In this document: positions 32,818-40,728 of the stretch, piece by piece
How the letters are laid out: every line of letters starts with the position of its first letter
Numbering within the stretch: position 1 is the first letter of the stretch
NCBI GenBank assembly: GCA_028718805.1
Contig: JAQUKY010000002.1
Location: forward strand, 1,424-65,423
Origin: Candidatus Nanoarchaeia archaeon
GTDB lineage: Archaea; Nanobdellota; Nanobdellia; Pacearchaeales; GW2011-AR1
DNA length: 64,000 nt
Reading direction: 5' to 3'
Notes under the pieces: model-generated
Databases searched by the model: none
What the model was told of the DNA's origin: nothing
Seen by the model: the letters and a program-made list of their open reading frames with translations, nothing else
Made by a program: the position numbers and the translations under genes

Positions 32818-33168
32818 ATGATAAGACAAAATTTGGATACAAAAGTTGAAGGAAGCTACAGAATAATCTGTCTGTCATTTGGAGCATTTTACACAAAGGA
32901 ACATCCTTACACAGAGAAAGGTCCTAATGTCCGTTATTTGCTCTGGCCTAACGAGACAGTTGAGGAAAAAGGTCTCGCAAGAGAAGTTGCAAAAATATTA
33001 TGCAGAAAACTCAATAAATATTCAGGCGGGTGCAGCAAAACACCAGCGAATTTTTTTCATAAGAGAGATTTAGAAGGAACAATAGACAGGAAATACAGGG
33101 TTGAATATGATCCTAATATGCCTGTTAAAAATAATAATAAATGTTTGAAAGGAGGAAGAACAAAATGA
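32818..33168 (+). CDS. hypothetical protein, tandem paralog B
   Basis: I prefer the ATG at 32818 (MIRQNL), 5 nt after AGGAGG, over the track start at 32800. Confidence 0.45.
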   Translation: MIRQNLDTKVEGSYRIICLSFGAFYTKEHPYTEKGPNVRYLLWPNETVEEKGLAREVAKILCRKLNKYSGGCSKTPANFFHKRDLEGTIDRKYRVEYDPNMPVKNNNKCLKGGRTK

Positions 33169-34058
33169 CACCAAAATACATAGATTTGCACACGCACACA
33201 ATGTACTCAGATGGGATTGAAACACCTAAAATATTAGTGCAGAATCTCAAGCTTAATGGAATTGACATAGCAGCCAAGACAGACCACGACACTATTGCAG
33301 GATATTGGGAATTTAAAAAAGCTGCAGATGCTGTCGGGTTAATAACAATTCCCGGAATAGAATTCTCAGACAGGGATTACCATATTTTAGGATTAGGGTT
33401 TAATCCTGATGATGCTGAATTTAACAGATTAATTAAAAAATCAGAGTATTTTCAGAGATTAACAACAGAACAAAGAGTTGAACTCTTGCATGAGCATAGT
33501 ATTCCGGTTTCAATGGAAAAGATAGATTTTTATTTCCCAAGTTCAAGGTTGGGTAAGCAAAATATATTCAGAACTCTTTATAATGATGAAGAATGCAGGC
33601 AATGGTTAGAAAGAAATCTTCCAGGAGCAAGTCCTAAAGATGTTTTTGAATACACTTTAAGAAAAAAAGGAGTAGCTGCCAAAGTTCCTCATTATTATGA
33701 CCTAGAAAGGTATGAGATATTTGATGGAATTCATAAAGCCGGAGGGATAGCAATTCCCGCCCACCTCCCCAAAGACATAGAAAATATTAATGAATTAGAT
33801 GAACTGAGGTACGCAGGAGCAGATGGCTTTGAAATCCAGCCTAATTTTTATGAGGATAATTTTGATGTAATTAGCTATCAGGATGTTAAAGATTATGCAA
33901 CTAAGCATAATATGTTAATTACTTATGGCTCTGACTATCATGGCTCAAGCATGCCAAGAAGCTTATTAGGAAGAAGTTTTAATGTTCTAAGCCAGGATTT
34001 AGAAGAAAGACTTTTCCAGCATGATAATACTGATTGTAAGGAGGCTTGTTTAAAATGA
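33165..34058 (+). CDS. PHP-domain metal-dependent phosphoesterase
   Basis: YIDLHTHTMYSDG is the PHP motif I. I prefer the ATG at 33165 (MTPKY) after GGAGG. Confidence 0.75.
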   Translation: MTPKYIDLHTHTMYSDGIETPKILVQNLKLNGIDIAAKTDHDTIAGYWEFKKAADAVGLITIPGIEFSDRDYHILGLGFNPDDAEFNRLIKKSEYFQRLTTEQRVELLHEHSIPVSMEKIDFYFPSSRLGKQNIFRTLYNDEECRQWLERNLPGASPKDVFEYTLRKKGVAAKVPHYYDLERYEIFDGIHKAGGIAIPAHLPKDIENINELDELRYAGADGFEIQPNFYEDNFDVISYQDVKDYATKHNMLITYGSDYHGSSMPRSLLGRSFNVLSQDLEERLFQHDNTDCKEACLK

Positions 34059-34363
34059 TAGAAGAAACAATAAGCTGTTGTAATCTGGAAAAAATAAGAG
34101 AATCTAATCTTATAGGAAGATGCATTAAATTTGCAGAGCAGGGAAGGGTAACAAGAGAAGTTTATGCCTGGCATACACATTATCATGCTTCGAACAGTAG
34201 AGGAAAATTAAGAGTTACATTTAATGATGGAGTCAACTCTCAGGGAGGAGGGGACATTAAGGTTAATTATAATAAGGAGAATGTTTTTTACGCAAGTGTT
34301 GATCCTCTAGCAAATTTTGTTGTTATTAAATACATTCCCGGAGAATGGGAAAACTGTCTTTAA
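34046..34363 (+). CDS. hypothetical protein
   Basis: 105-aa ORF (TTG start in the track; an ATG lies 3 codons in). Coupled to its neighbours. Confidence 0.4.
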   Translation: MFKMIEETISCCNLEKIRESNLIGRCIKFAEQGRVTREVYAWHTHYHASNSRGKLRVTFNDGVNSQGGGDIKVNYNKENVFYASVDPLANFVVIKYIPGEWENCL

Positions 34364-34364
34364 G

Positions 34365-34670
34365 ATGAAAAAACAAACAAAAAATAAAAAAGTAAGTCCG
34401 GAGATAGGGCAGAATATCTATGTTGGATCGTCTTTATATCTTGGTCATGCAGTAGACGATTTTCATGGCGGGCTTTGCAAAATCCTAAGAGTAGAAGATG
34501 GTATAAGCGCCGGAGAAAAAACTTTATTTATTGAAGTTGCAGAAAGGCTAGGATTTGGTTATAACTGGGATATTCTTTCAAAAGAACAGGGTCGTTTAAA
34601 AAAACAGTTTGGAAACCAAAGAGGATACAAATGTCCTGATTATGACCCGAGATTTAATGAAGATTTTTAA
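34365..34670 (+). CDS. hypothetical protein
   Basis: I prefer the ATG at 34365 (MKKQTKNKK), 1 nt after the upstream stop. Confidence 0.4.
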   Translation: MKKQTKNKKVSPEIGQNIYVGSSLYLGHAVDDFHGGLCKILRVEDGISAGEKTLFIEVAERLGFGYNWDILSKEQGRLKKQFGNQRGYKCPDYDPRFNEDF

Positions 34671-34727
34671 AAAGCAAGTTTTGTTTTATCTATAATCTCT
34701 AAAACTAAGGAGAGCTGGGATAATCAA

Positions 34728-34771
34728 GCCTAATTTCTTCATGCAAAGCTTAAATCGCTTTATAGATTACC
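34728..34771 (-). repeat. intergenic mosaic repeat, modules A + D (reverse orientation)
   Basis: The reverse complement reads GGTAATCTATAAAGCGATTTAAGCTTTGCATGAAGAAATTAGGC. Confidence 0.7.
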
Positions 34772-34838
34772 AACTAAGTCTTAATCTCTTGAATCCCTAA
34801 ATAGAAAATCTTAATAATCCTTTCTGCTTTGATTATAC

Positions 34839-35012
34839 ATGGTAAAGAGGTGTGTTATTTGTAAGAGAATTATTACAGTCCTTGACAGAAAGATTGAAGG
34901 AACTATGCTGCGAGTTAAAGAGCTTTGCGGCAAAATGGGATTTATTTATGTTTGTTCTGAATGCATGAAAGCAGACGGATGGGTTGAAAAAGCCAAGATT
35001 AAGGGCGTTTGA
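34839..35012 (+). CDS. 57-aa zinc-ribbon protein (below the ORF-track length cutoff)
   Basis: Hand translation MVKRCVICKRIITVLDRKIEGTMLRVKELCGKMGFIYVCSECMKADGWVEKAKIKGV, with CxxC ... CxxC. Confidence 0.4.
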   Translation: MVKRCVICKRIITVLDRKIEGTMLRVKELCGKMGFIYVCSECMKADGWVEKAKIKGV

Positions 35013-35053
35013 AATCTGAAAGTGAATTACTAAAATTAAATATAAAACAATTT

Positions 35054-35683
35054 TTATTTAGTCATAAAGTATTCTCTCTGTATATCCCCGGAAATATTCA
35101 ATGATTCTTCTCCAGTCCTGCCGCACATTTCTGCAATTCCAATTTTAAGAGCTACCTCTCTTGGGAAATATTTCCCTGACTTTTCTATTGCTTCAGAGAG
35201 TGTGCTTCCGCCCTCCAGATAATCTCCTATCTTTTTTATGTTATTTGCATAAGGAAAAGCTTTTAGTTGCCTTGATGTCTCTTGTAGAATCCTAATTGAC
35301 CTAAGACAAGGCAATCCCGCTTCTAATAAAGTCCCAAGAGAGTGATAAAATAATAACTCTTCCATTTTTTTAGGTTTATTTTTTTGCAGGACTAATTCAC
35401 TGGCTTTTAGCAGAGTCTTATCAAGATCCGATGTTTCTTCTCCAATACCTGTAAGATAAATTGCAGGGATATGGAAGGAGTTTCTTTTTTCCAGCATTGC
35501 ATTGTACATAGTATCTCCTTTTCTAATGCTTTCATGAATAAATTTAAGCTCAGCATCATATTCAGGATAAATTTTGGCGATATTGCTTATTACATCAAGA
35601 ATTGGCATACCATAAGAGATATATCTGGAGAATGACTTTAGCAATCCTGCTTCCCTTCCCCGGGTCTTATTTGCCATTATCAA
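35054..35683 (-). CDS. soluble protein with two GspF/PilC-type (T2SS-F) domain-like repeats, tentative
   Basis: 209 aa with no hydrophobic helices. IRKGDTMYNAMLEK...IGEETSDLDKTL and LLEAGLPCLRSIRIL...YLEGGSTLSEAIEKSGKYFP...AEMCGRTGE resemble the cytoplasmic T2SS-F domain consensus. Confidence 0.4.
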   Translation of the reverse strand: MIMANKTRGREAGLLKSFSRYISYGMPILDVISNIAKIYPEYDAELKFIHESIRKGDTMYNAMLEKRNSFHIPAIYLTGIGEETSDLDKTLLKASELVLQKNKPKKMEELLFYHSLGTLLEAGLPCLRSIRILQETSRQLKAFPYANNIKKIGDYLEGGSTLSEAIEKSGKYFPREVALKIGIAEMCGRTGEESLNISGDIQREYFMTK

Positions 35684-35804
35684 TTAGATGGCCTTGCCCT
35701 TTTTAAATATTTAGATATTTTTGCTCTAAATTGAAAATTATCAATAAAAACTGTTTTAATAATTACCAATAAAATTAAAACCTCTGAATAATTTATTCTT
35801 TTAT

Positions 35805-35878
35805 GCCTCTGTAGCTCAGTTGGCTAGAGCAATTGCTTCGTAAGCAATAGGTCGCAGGTTCAATCCCTGCCAGGGGCT
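35805..35878 (+). tRNA. tRNA-Thr (anticodon CGU), no encoded CCA
   Basis: Hand-folded. Acceptor GCCTCTG/CAGGGGC (one G-U), D arm GCTC-AGTTGGCTA-GAGC, anticodon arm ATTGC-TTCGTAA-GCAAT, T arm GCAGG-TTCAATC-CCTGC. Confidence 0.9.
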
Positions 35879-35948
35879 TAAAATATTGTTGTAACTTCTA
35901 AATTGTAACAATAAAAGGATTTATAAGGGGAAATAATTAATTCTAAAT

Positions 35949-36341
35949 ATGAGATATCAAAGGATAAATGAGAACTTAATTGAGATAATACCAGAAGAAA
36001 ATGTCCTGGAAGTACTATTGGCAACAGCTAAAAAGTCCTATGATACTGCTACTCCAAGGGGCAAAGGACAATTACAACCTCATCAAACACCAAGTATGGA
36101 AGTAATCTTTGATAAATTTATTAAATATAATGGGAGTAAGCCCGTAATGTTGCTGATGGATTATGTTAACGGCAGGGATTGCAGAACAAAAGTATTCTTA
36201 GGGGAGGGTGATAAATGGTATTTTGATTGTTATGCTTTTGGTCAAAGAGGAGTAACCTCAGAAGAGTTTCTGAGAGGAGTAAGAAGAGATAATCCAGAAG
36301 AATTGTTAAATAAAGTATCAGAAGAATTATCAGGAAAATAG
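35949..36341 (+). CDS. hypothetical protein
   Basis: 130-aa ORF with no motif recognised. Confidence 0.4.
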   Translation: MRYQRINENLIEIIPEENVLEVLLATAKKSYDTATPRGKGQLQPHQTPSMEVIFDKFIKYNGSKPVMLLMDYVNGRDCRTKVFLGEGDKWYFDCYAFGQRGVTSEEFLRGVRRDNPEELLNKVSEELSGK

Positions 36342-36496
36342 AAAATGGGAAAAAATTCAATGTTAAGCTTTTGGCCCGGACCAAAGAGTATAATACAGCC
36401 AAAATCAAACAAAGATGAATATTTTTCATTTGGAAAACATCCCTCAATTTCTTCTATATAAACAACTTTTATAAATACACTTTTATTATCTAAAAC

Positions 36497-38188
36497 ATGT
36501 TCAAAGAGGAAATAATAGGTGTTCTTGAAAAGCAGACAAAACTAAGAAAAGAGGAAATTGAAAATCTAATTGAGATTCCCCCAGATCCAGATTTAGGAGA
36601 TTATGCTTTTCCCTGCTTTGTTTTATCCAAACATTTTAAAAAATCTCCAAACGAGATAGCTATTAAACTGGCTTCTGAGATTAAACCCACTAAAAATATC
36701 AGCGAGATAAAGGCAGCAGGCCCTTATCTTAATTTTTTTATTAATAAAATAAAATTAGCAGAGCAGATAATAGAAATAAATGCTAATTTTGGAAAAAATA
36801 AAATAGGAAAAGGAAAAAAAATAGCAATTGATTTTTCAGGCCCAAATATAGGAAAACCAATGCATGTAGGTCATATTCGTTCAACAGTTATAGGAGATAG
36901 TCTGATAAGAACCTATGAATTTTTAGGATATTCTCCAATAGGAATTAATTATTTAGGAGATATTGGATTGCATATAGGAAAGCTAATAGTTGCCTATGAA
37001 TTATGGTTAGATAAAACAGCTTTAAAAAAAGATCCTGTAAATGAATTATTAAGATTGTATGTTAAGTTCTGCTCAAAAGAAAAATCATTAGTCCAGGAAG
37101 GATTTGATGAGGAAATGCAGGATAATGAATGGGCAAAAAAGGCAAAAGAAGCCCTGAAAAAACTTGAACTAGGAGATAAAAAAACAGAAAAAATCTGGAC
37201 AGAGATCAGACAGGCTTCTGGAAAGGCATTTGACAGGATTTATGATTTGTTAAACATAAATTTTACAGAAACAACAGGCCAAAGCCAATTTTCTGATAAA
37301 GGAAGGCAGATAGTTATGAATGCTCTTGAAAAAGCAATTGCAAAAAAAGAACAGGATGGAGCTGTTTATGTGTTGTTAGATAAAGATCATAAAAAATATA
37401 TTCAGAGAAGCAATGAAACAGCCTCGTATATTACTTATGATTTAGGTGCTGCTGTTGAAAGGTATAAGAAATACAAGTTTGACAAGATGATTTATGTTAC
37501 AGACTTCAGGCAATCTGCTCATTTTGATGCTTTATTTTCAATATTGAAACTAATGGGCTATGATTTCACACCTAAGATGGTCCATCTCCCATTTGGGACA
37601 GTCAAGTTTGGAAATGAGATAATGGCAACACGGGAAGGCCAGATAATTCTTCTGGAAGATGTTTTGAAAAAAACAATTGAAAAAGCAAATGAAGAGATAA
37701 AAAAGAGAAAAACAAAAGGAGATGCAGAAAAAGTTGGTGTTGGAGCAGTTAAATATATTATTTTAAAGAACGAGCCTGCAAGTGATGTTCAGTTTAGCTG
37801 GGAAACAGCATTAAACTTCGAGGGAAATACAGGCCCTTACTTGCAATATTCCTATGCAAGGGCAAGTTCAATATTAAAAAGAGCAGGAAACTTCAATAGG
37901 AATAATAAAAAAGCAAAGATAAAGCAATTAACAAAAGAAGAAACAAGTTTAATTAAGAAAATTTCAGATTTCCCTGAAATTGTTGAAAAAGCAGGAAAAC
38001 AAATGAACCCCTCTTTGATTGCAAATTATTCATTTGAACTTGCACAAATTTTCAATGAATTTTATCATAATAATAAGGTAATTGGGGACAAAGAAGAAGC
38101 TTTCAGGCTGAGGCTTGTTCAGGCCTTCAGGACAACAATAAAAAACTCTTTATGGCTTCTAGGAATCGAAGTCATGGAAGAGATGTGA
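36497..38188 (+). CDS. argS: arginyl-tRNA synthetase
   Basis: 563 aa. NIGKPMHVGHIRSTVIGDSL is the class I HIGH region in ArgRS context. The helical C-terminus ends ...EVMEEM, as in the ArgRS anticodon-binding domain. Confidence 0.9.
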   Translation: MFKEEIIGVLEKQTKLRKEEIENLIEIPPDPDLGDYAFPCFVLSKHFKKSPNEIAIKLASEIKPTKNISEIKAAGPYLNFFINKIKLAEQIIEINANFGKNKIGKGKKIAIDFSGPNIGKPMHVGHIRSTVIGDSLIRTYEFLGYSPIGINYLGDIGLHIGKLIVAYELWLDKTALKKDPVNELLRLYVKFCSKEKSLVQEGFDEEMQDNEWAKKAKEALKKLELGDKKTEKIWTEIRQASGKAFDRIYDLLNINFTETTGQSQFSDKGRQIVMNALEKAIAKKEQDGAVYVLLDKDHKKYIQRSNETASYITYDLGAAVERYKKYKFDKMIYVTDFRQSAHFDALFSILKLMGYDFTPKMVHLPFGTVKFGNEIMATREGQIILLEDVLKKTIEKANEEIKKRKTKGDAEKVGVGAVKYIILKNEPASDVQFSWETALNFEGNTGPYLQYSYARASSILKRAGNFNRNNKKAKIKQLTKEETSLIKKISDFPEIVEKAGKQMNPSLIANYSFELAQIFNEFYHNNKVIGDKEEAFRLRLVQAFRTTIKNSLWLLGIEVMEEM

Positions 38189-38192
38189 TTAC

Positions 38193-38426
38193 TTACTCCT
38201 TTTTCTTATCTATAACATAACAAAACGCTCCCGCGGTGATATAAATAGGTACTAACAAAGATTTTTGAAAATTTTCTTGAGCTTTTTCATATTTGACACT
38301 TATCTGTTGTGATGTACTTTCTCTTTTGTAATATTTCATTTGGCTATAGTTTTGTTGTGCAACAAATATTGATTGCTCAGCAGCCCAACCAAGTGTTAAA
38401 ATACCTATTTGTTTTAAGAGACTCAT
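38193..38426 (-). CDS. small membrane protein
   Basis: I prefer the ATG at 38426 (MSLLKQIG) after GGAGG. Confidence 0.4.
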   Translation of the reverse strand: MSLLKQIGILTLGWAAEQSIFVAQQNYSQMKYYKRESTSQQISVKYEKAQENFQKSLLVPIYITAGAFCYVIDKKKE

Positions 38427-38427
38427 T

Positions 38428-38568
38428 TTATTTTTCCTCCAAAATTTCAATTGTTATTTTGGCAATTATGCCTGGTTTAAGTTGAGATTCTAAAATCTTA
38501 GGCACAACTATAATTGCCTGATTGTCATGCTTAGCTATTCTTTTTGTGATGGTGAATTGTTTTTTCAT
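38428..38568 (-). CDS. 46-aa AbrB/SpoVT-like mini-protein (below the ORF-track cutoff)
   Basis: Hand translation MKKQFTITKRIAKHDNQAIIVVPKILESQLKPGIIAKITIEILEEK. Its ATG lies 1 nt after the upstream stop, and its stop lies 1 nt before the next ATG. Confidence 0.35.
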   Translation of the reverse strand: MKKQFTITKRIAKHDNQAIIVVPKILESQLKPGIIAKITIEILEEK

Positions 38569-38569
38569 T

Positions 38570-38881
38570 TTATTTCAATATCCTCGCTTTAGTTCCAAAT
38601 TCATACCATTCTACTTTACCTTCAATATCTCTTTCATCATACCCCCTACCATAAAAAATCTTAGATTTACCGTCTTTGTATTTCACAATATAATCTAATA
38701 TCCCATCATGATTATAATCTTCGGGCTGTGAGATTTGTTTAACATTAGAATTCTGCGGGAGATTTAAGGCCGCTTTTCCCTGCAGATTCATGGCATATTT
38801 CTTGGTTGAGACCATGACCCAAAAGCAAGCTAGGGCCATTGCCGCAAGTGCTCCATAAATAATTATATTTTCATTTTTCAT
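38570..38881 (-). CDS. signal-anchored protein with one FG-GAP/VCBS-like Ca-binding motif
   Basis: 103 aa with an N-terminal helix, then DYNHDGILDYIV. Confidence 0.45.
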   Translation of the reverse strand: MKNENIIIYGALAAMALACFWVMVSTKKYAMNLQGKAALNLPQNSNVKQISQPEDYNHDGILDYIVKYKDGKSKIFYGRGYDERDIEGKVEWYEFGTKARILK

Positions 38882-38942
38882 TTTCCAATCACCTTAAATC
38901 ATTACAACTAAGTAGAAACATGACTTGTTTTATATTTTTGTC

Positions 38943-38970
38943 GTAGTTTGAACTACAAAATATTTATAAA
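38943..38970 (+). promoter_or_regulatory. palindrome GTAGTT-TG-AACTAC plus TATA-like TATTTATAAA upstream of a trmB-family gene
   Basis: Perfect 6+2+6 inverted repeat at 38943-38956. The TATA-like box at 38961-38970 starts 31 nt before ATG 38992. Confidence 0.4.
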
Positions 38971-38991
38971 CTAAGGAAGATAATAAGATTC

Positions 38992-39717
38992 ATGGAAGAA
39001 CTTAAAGAATTCGGCTTGACAGATAATGAAATAAAGATTTATCTGGCTTTGCTTAAATTTGGGAACTTAAATCCTTCTGAAATAGCCCAAAAAACAGGAT
39101 TTTCAAGGAGTTATGTTTATGATGCACTTGAAAGATTAATGGAAAAAGGAGTTGTTTCGACTTCACTAATAAAAAATAAAAAGCAGTTCATGGCAATTGA
39201 CCCAAAAAAATTAGGGGAATCCTTAAAACAAAAGCTGGAAAAATTACAAAAGATTATCCCTCAATTAGAACAATTAAGAGAATCCTCAAAAGAAGATATT
39301 AAAGTTGAACTTCATAAAGGGACTTATATTTACAAAATTCTGCTTAATGATATTATTTCTACATTAAAGAAAAACAATGAGGTGCTTATTTTTGGCGTAG
39401 ATGATGAAGCTCTAATGAAACTTGATAAACACTATAAAACCAATCTTGACATTTATTTCTCAAAATTAGAAAAATTAAATATAAAAGAAAAGGTAATTGC
39501 AAATAATAAGTCAAAAATGTTAAAAGGAGCAAAAACAACTTCCTACAGATTCCTGCCAAAACAAGTAATAGGGAATACTGCATTTCAGGTTTATGGAAAC
39601 AAAGTTGGGATTTTTTTATGGGGAAATCCTAATTATCTGATTTTAATAGAAAATATGGAAATTGCAGATTCTTACAGAAATCAGTTCAAGATTTTATGGG
39701 ATAATGCGAAAAGATAG
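38992..39717 (+). CDS. TrmB-family transcriptional regulator
   Basis: LTDNEIKIYLALLKFGNLNPSEIAQKTGFSRSYVYDALERLMEKGVVS is the TrmB N-terminal wHTH. Confidence 0.75.
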   Translation: MEELKEFGLTDNEIKIYLALLKFGNLNPSEIAQKTGFSRSYVYDALERLMEKGVVSTSLIKNKKQFMAIDPKKLGESLKQKLEKLQKIIPQLEQLRESSKEDIKVELHKGTYIYKILLNDIISTLKKNNEVLIFGVDDEALMKLDKHYKTNLDIYFSKLEKLNIKEKVIANNKSKMLKGAKTTSYRFLPKQVIGNTAFQVYGNKVGIFLWGNPNYLILIENMEIADSYRNQFKILWDNAKR

Positions 39718-39739
39718 GACGAGATGTAGAAAAGCTTAT

Positions 39740-39759
39740 AAGTAAGGAAATTCTTACTT
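39740..39759 (+). promoter_or_regulatory. palindrome AAGTAAG-GAAATT-CTTACTT, TA-operon operator candidate
   Basis: Perfect 7+6+7 inverted repeat ending 5 nt before ATG 39764. A related string ATAAGTAGGAAAATCTTACCTT sits upstream of the paralogous AbrB gene at 16086-16107. Confidence 0.45.
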
Positions 39760-39763
39760 TTAT

Positions 39764-39997
39764 ATGGAAACAAAAATAATCAGAGTTACTGATAAAGGGC
39801 AGATATCTATTCCAGTTGATATAAGAAAATCTATAGGAATAGATGCTGGGGATGATTTAATTGCAGTAAGAAGCGGTGATACTTTATGCTTGAAAAAAAT
39901 TAAAAAAGAGGATTTTTCTGACTTGTTGAAACATTCTGAAAGTGTTGCTGAAAAGTTATGGAATAATAAAGAAGATGAAATCTGGGACACTGTTTAA
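39764..39997 (+). CDS. AbrB/SpoVT-family antitoxin (MazE-like)
   Basis: IIRVTDKGQISIPVDIRKSIGIDAGDDLIAVRSGDTLCLKKI. Confidence 0.7.
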   Translation: METKIIRVTDKGQISIPVDIRKSIGIDAGDDLIAVRSGDTLCLKKIKKEDFSDLLKHSESVAEKLWNNKEDEIWDTV

Positions 39998-40322
39998 TCA
40001 GGGAGAAATAGTTATTGTGCCATTCCCGTTTTCTGATTTAAGCAGCATTAGGCAAAGACCAGTCCTGGTTTTATCAAATCTGGTTTATAATAAAAATTGT
40101 GAAGATATTATTACATGCGGGATAACATCAAATCTTAAGGATACTAAGTATTCAGTTTTAGTTGATAAAGAAAACATGTTCGAAGGATTAATTCCAATTA
40201 AAAGCAGGATAAAAGCAGATAAATTGTTCACCTTAAACAAAAATATTGTAATAAAAAAGCTGGGCAGGATAAATAAAAATACTTTTAATAAAGTTAAAGA
40301 TGAACTGTTTAAGTTAGTTTAA
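39975..40322 (+). CDS. mazF: MazF/PemK-family toxin endoribonuclease
   Basis: GEIVIVPFPFSDLSSIRQRPVLVLS is the PemK N-terminal signature. I prefer the ATG at 39975, which overlaps the antitoxin 3' end. Confidence 0.7.
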   Translation: MKSGTLFNQGEIVIVPFPFSDLSSIRQRPVLVLSNLVYNKNCEDIITCGITSNLKDTKYSVLVDKENMFEGLIPIKSRIKADKLFTLNKNIVIKKLGRINKNTFNKVKDELFKLV

Positions 40323-40706
40323 GTCATGGACGAAATGTGATGTATTTTTATTAAATATTCTTTCTTCAAACGCATCAACATCTGCTCTAACCTTGCTAAA
40401 AGGAGGTTTAACACCTAAAATTCCTAATTCACTAGCAATATGATATGCTTGTTCCCCATAATCTAGATGCCCGTTATAAGTATTTGCAAAAATTGTTCCT
40501 AATTCTTTGTCTTCCCATTGAAGATAAAGTTGATGAGCCAGCTCAGGATTTTCATTAACTAATATTCTCTTTAGATTAAGGCAATCATAAATTTGTGCTC
40601 TGGTATAATATTCTCCATTAAGCTTTACTTTTGGGCAACTTTTCCTAAGTTTTTGCTCAATTTTTCTATAATCTTTTCTCCTTGCCATGTTTTTTTTTAA
40701 TAGCAA
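40314..40706 (-). CDS. hypothetical protein
   Basis: 130-aa ORF with no motif recognised. Confidence 0.4.
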   Translation of the reverse strand: MLLKKNMARRKDYRKIEQKLRKSCPKVKLNGEYYTRAQIYDCLNLKRILVNENPELAHQLYLQWEDKELGTIFANTYNGHLDYGEQAYHIASELGILGVKPPFSKVRADVDAFEERIFNKNTSHFVHDLN

Positions 40707-40728
40707 AACACGTTTAAAACCTTTTCTG

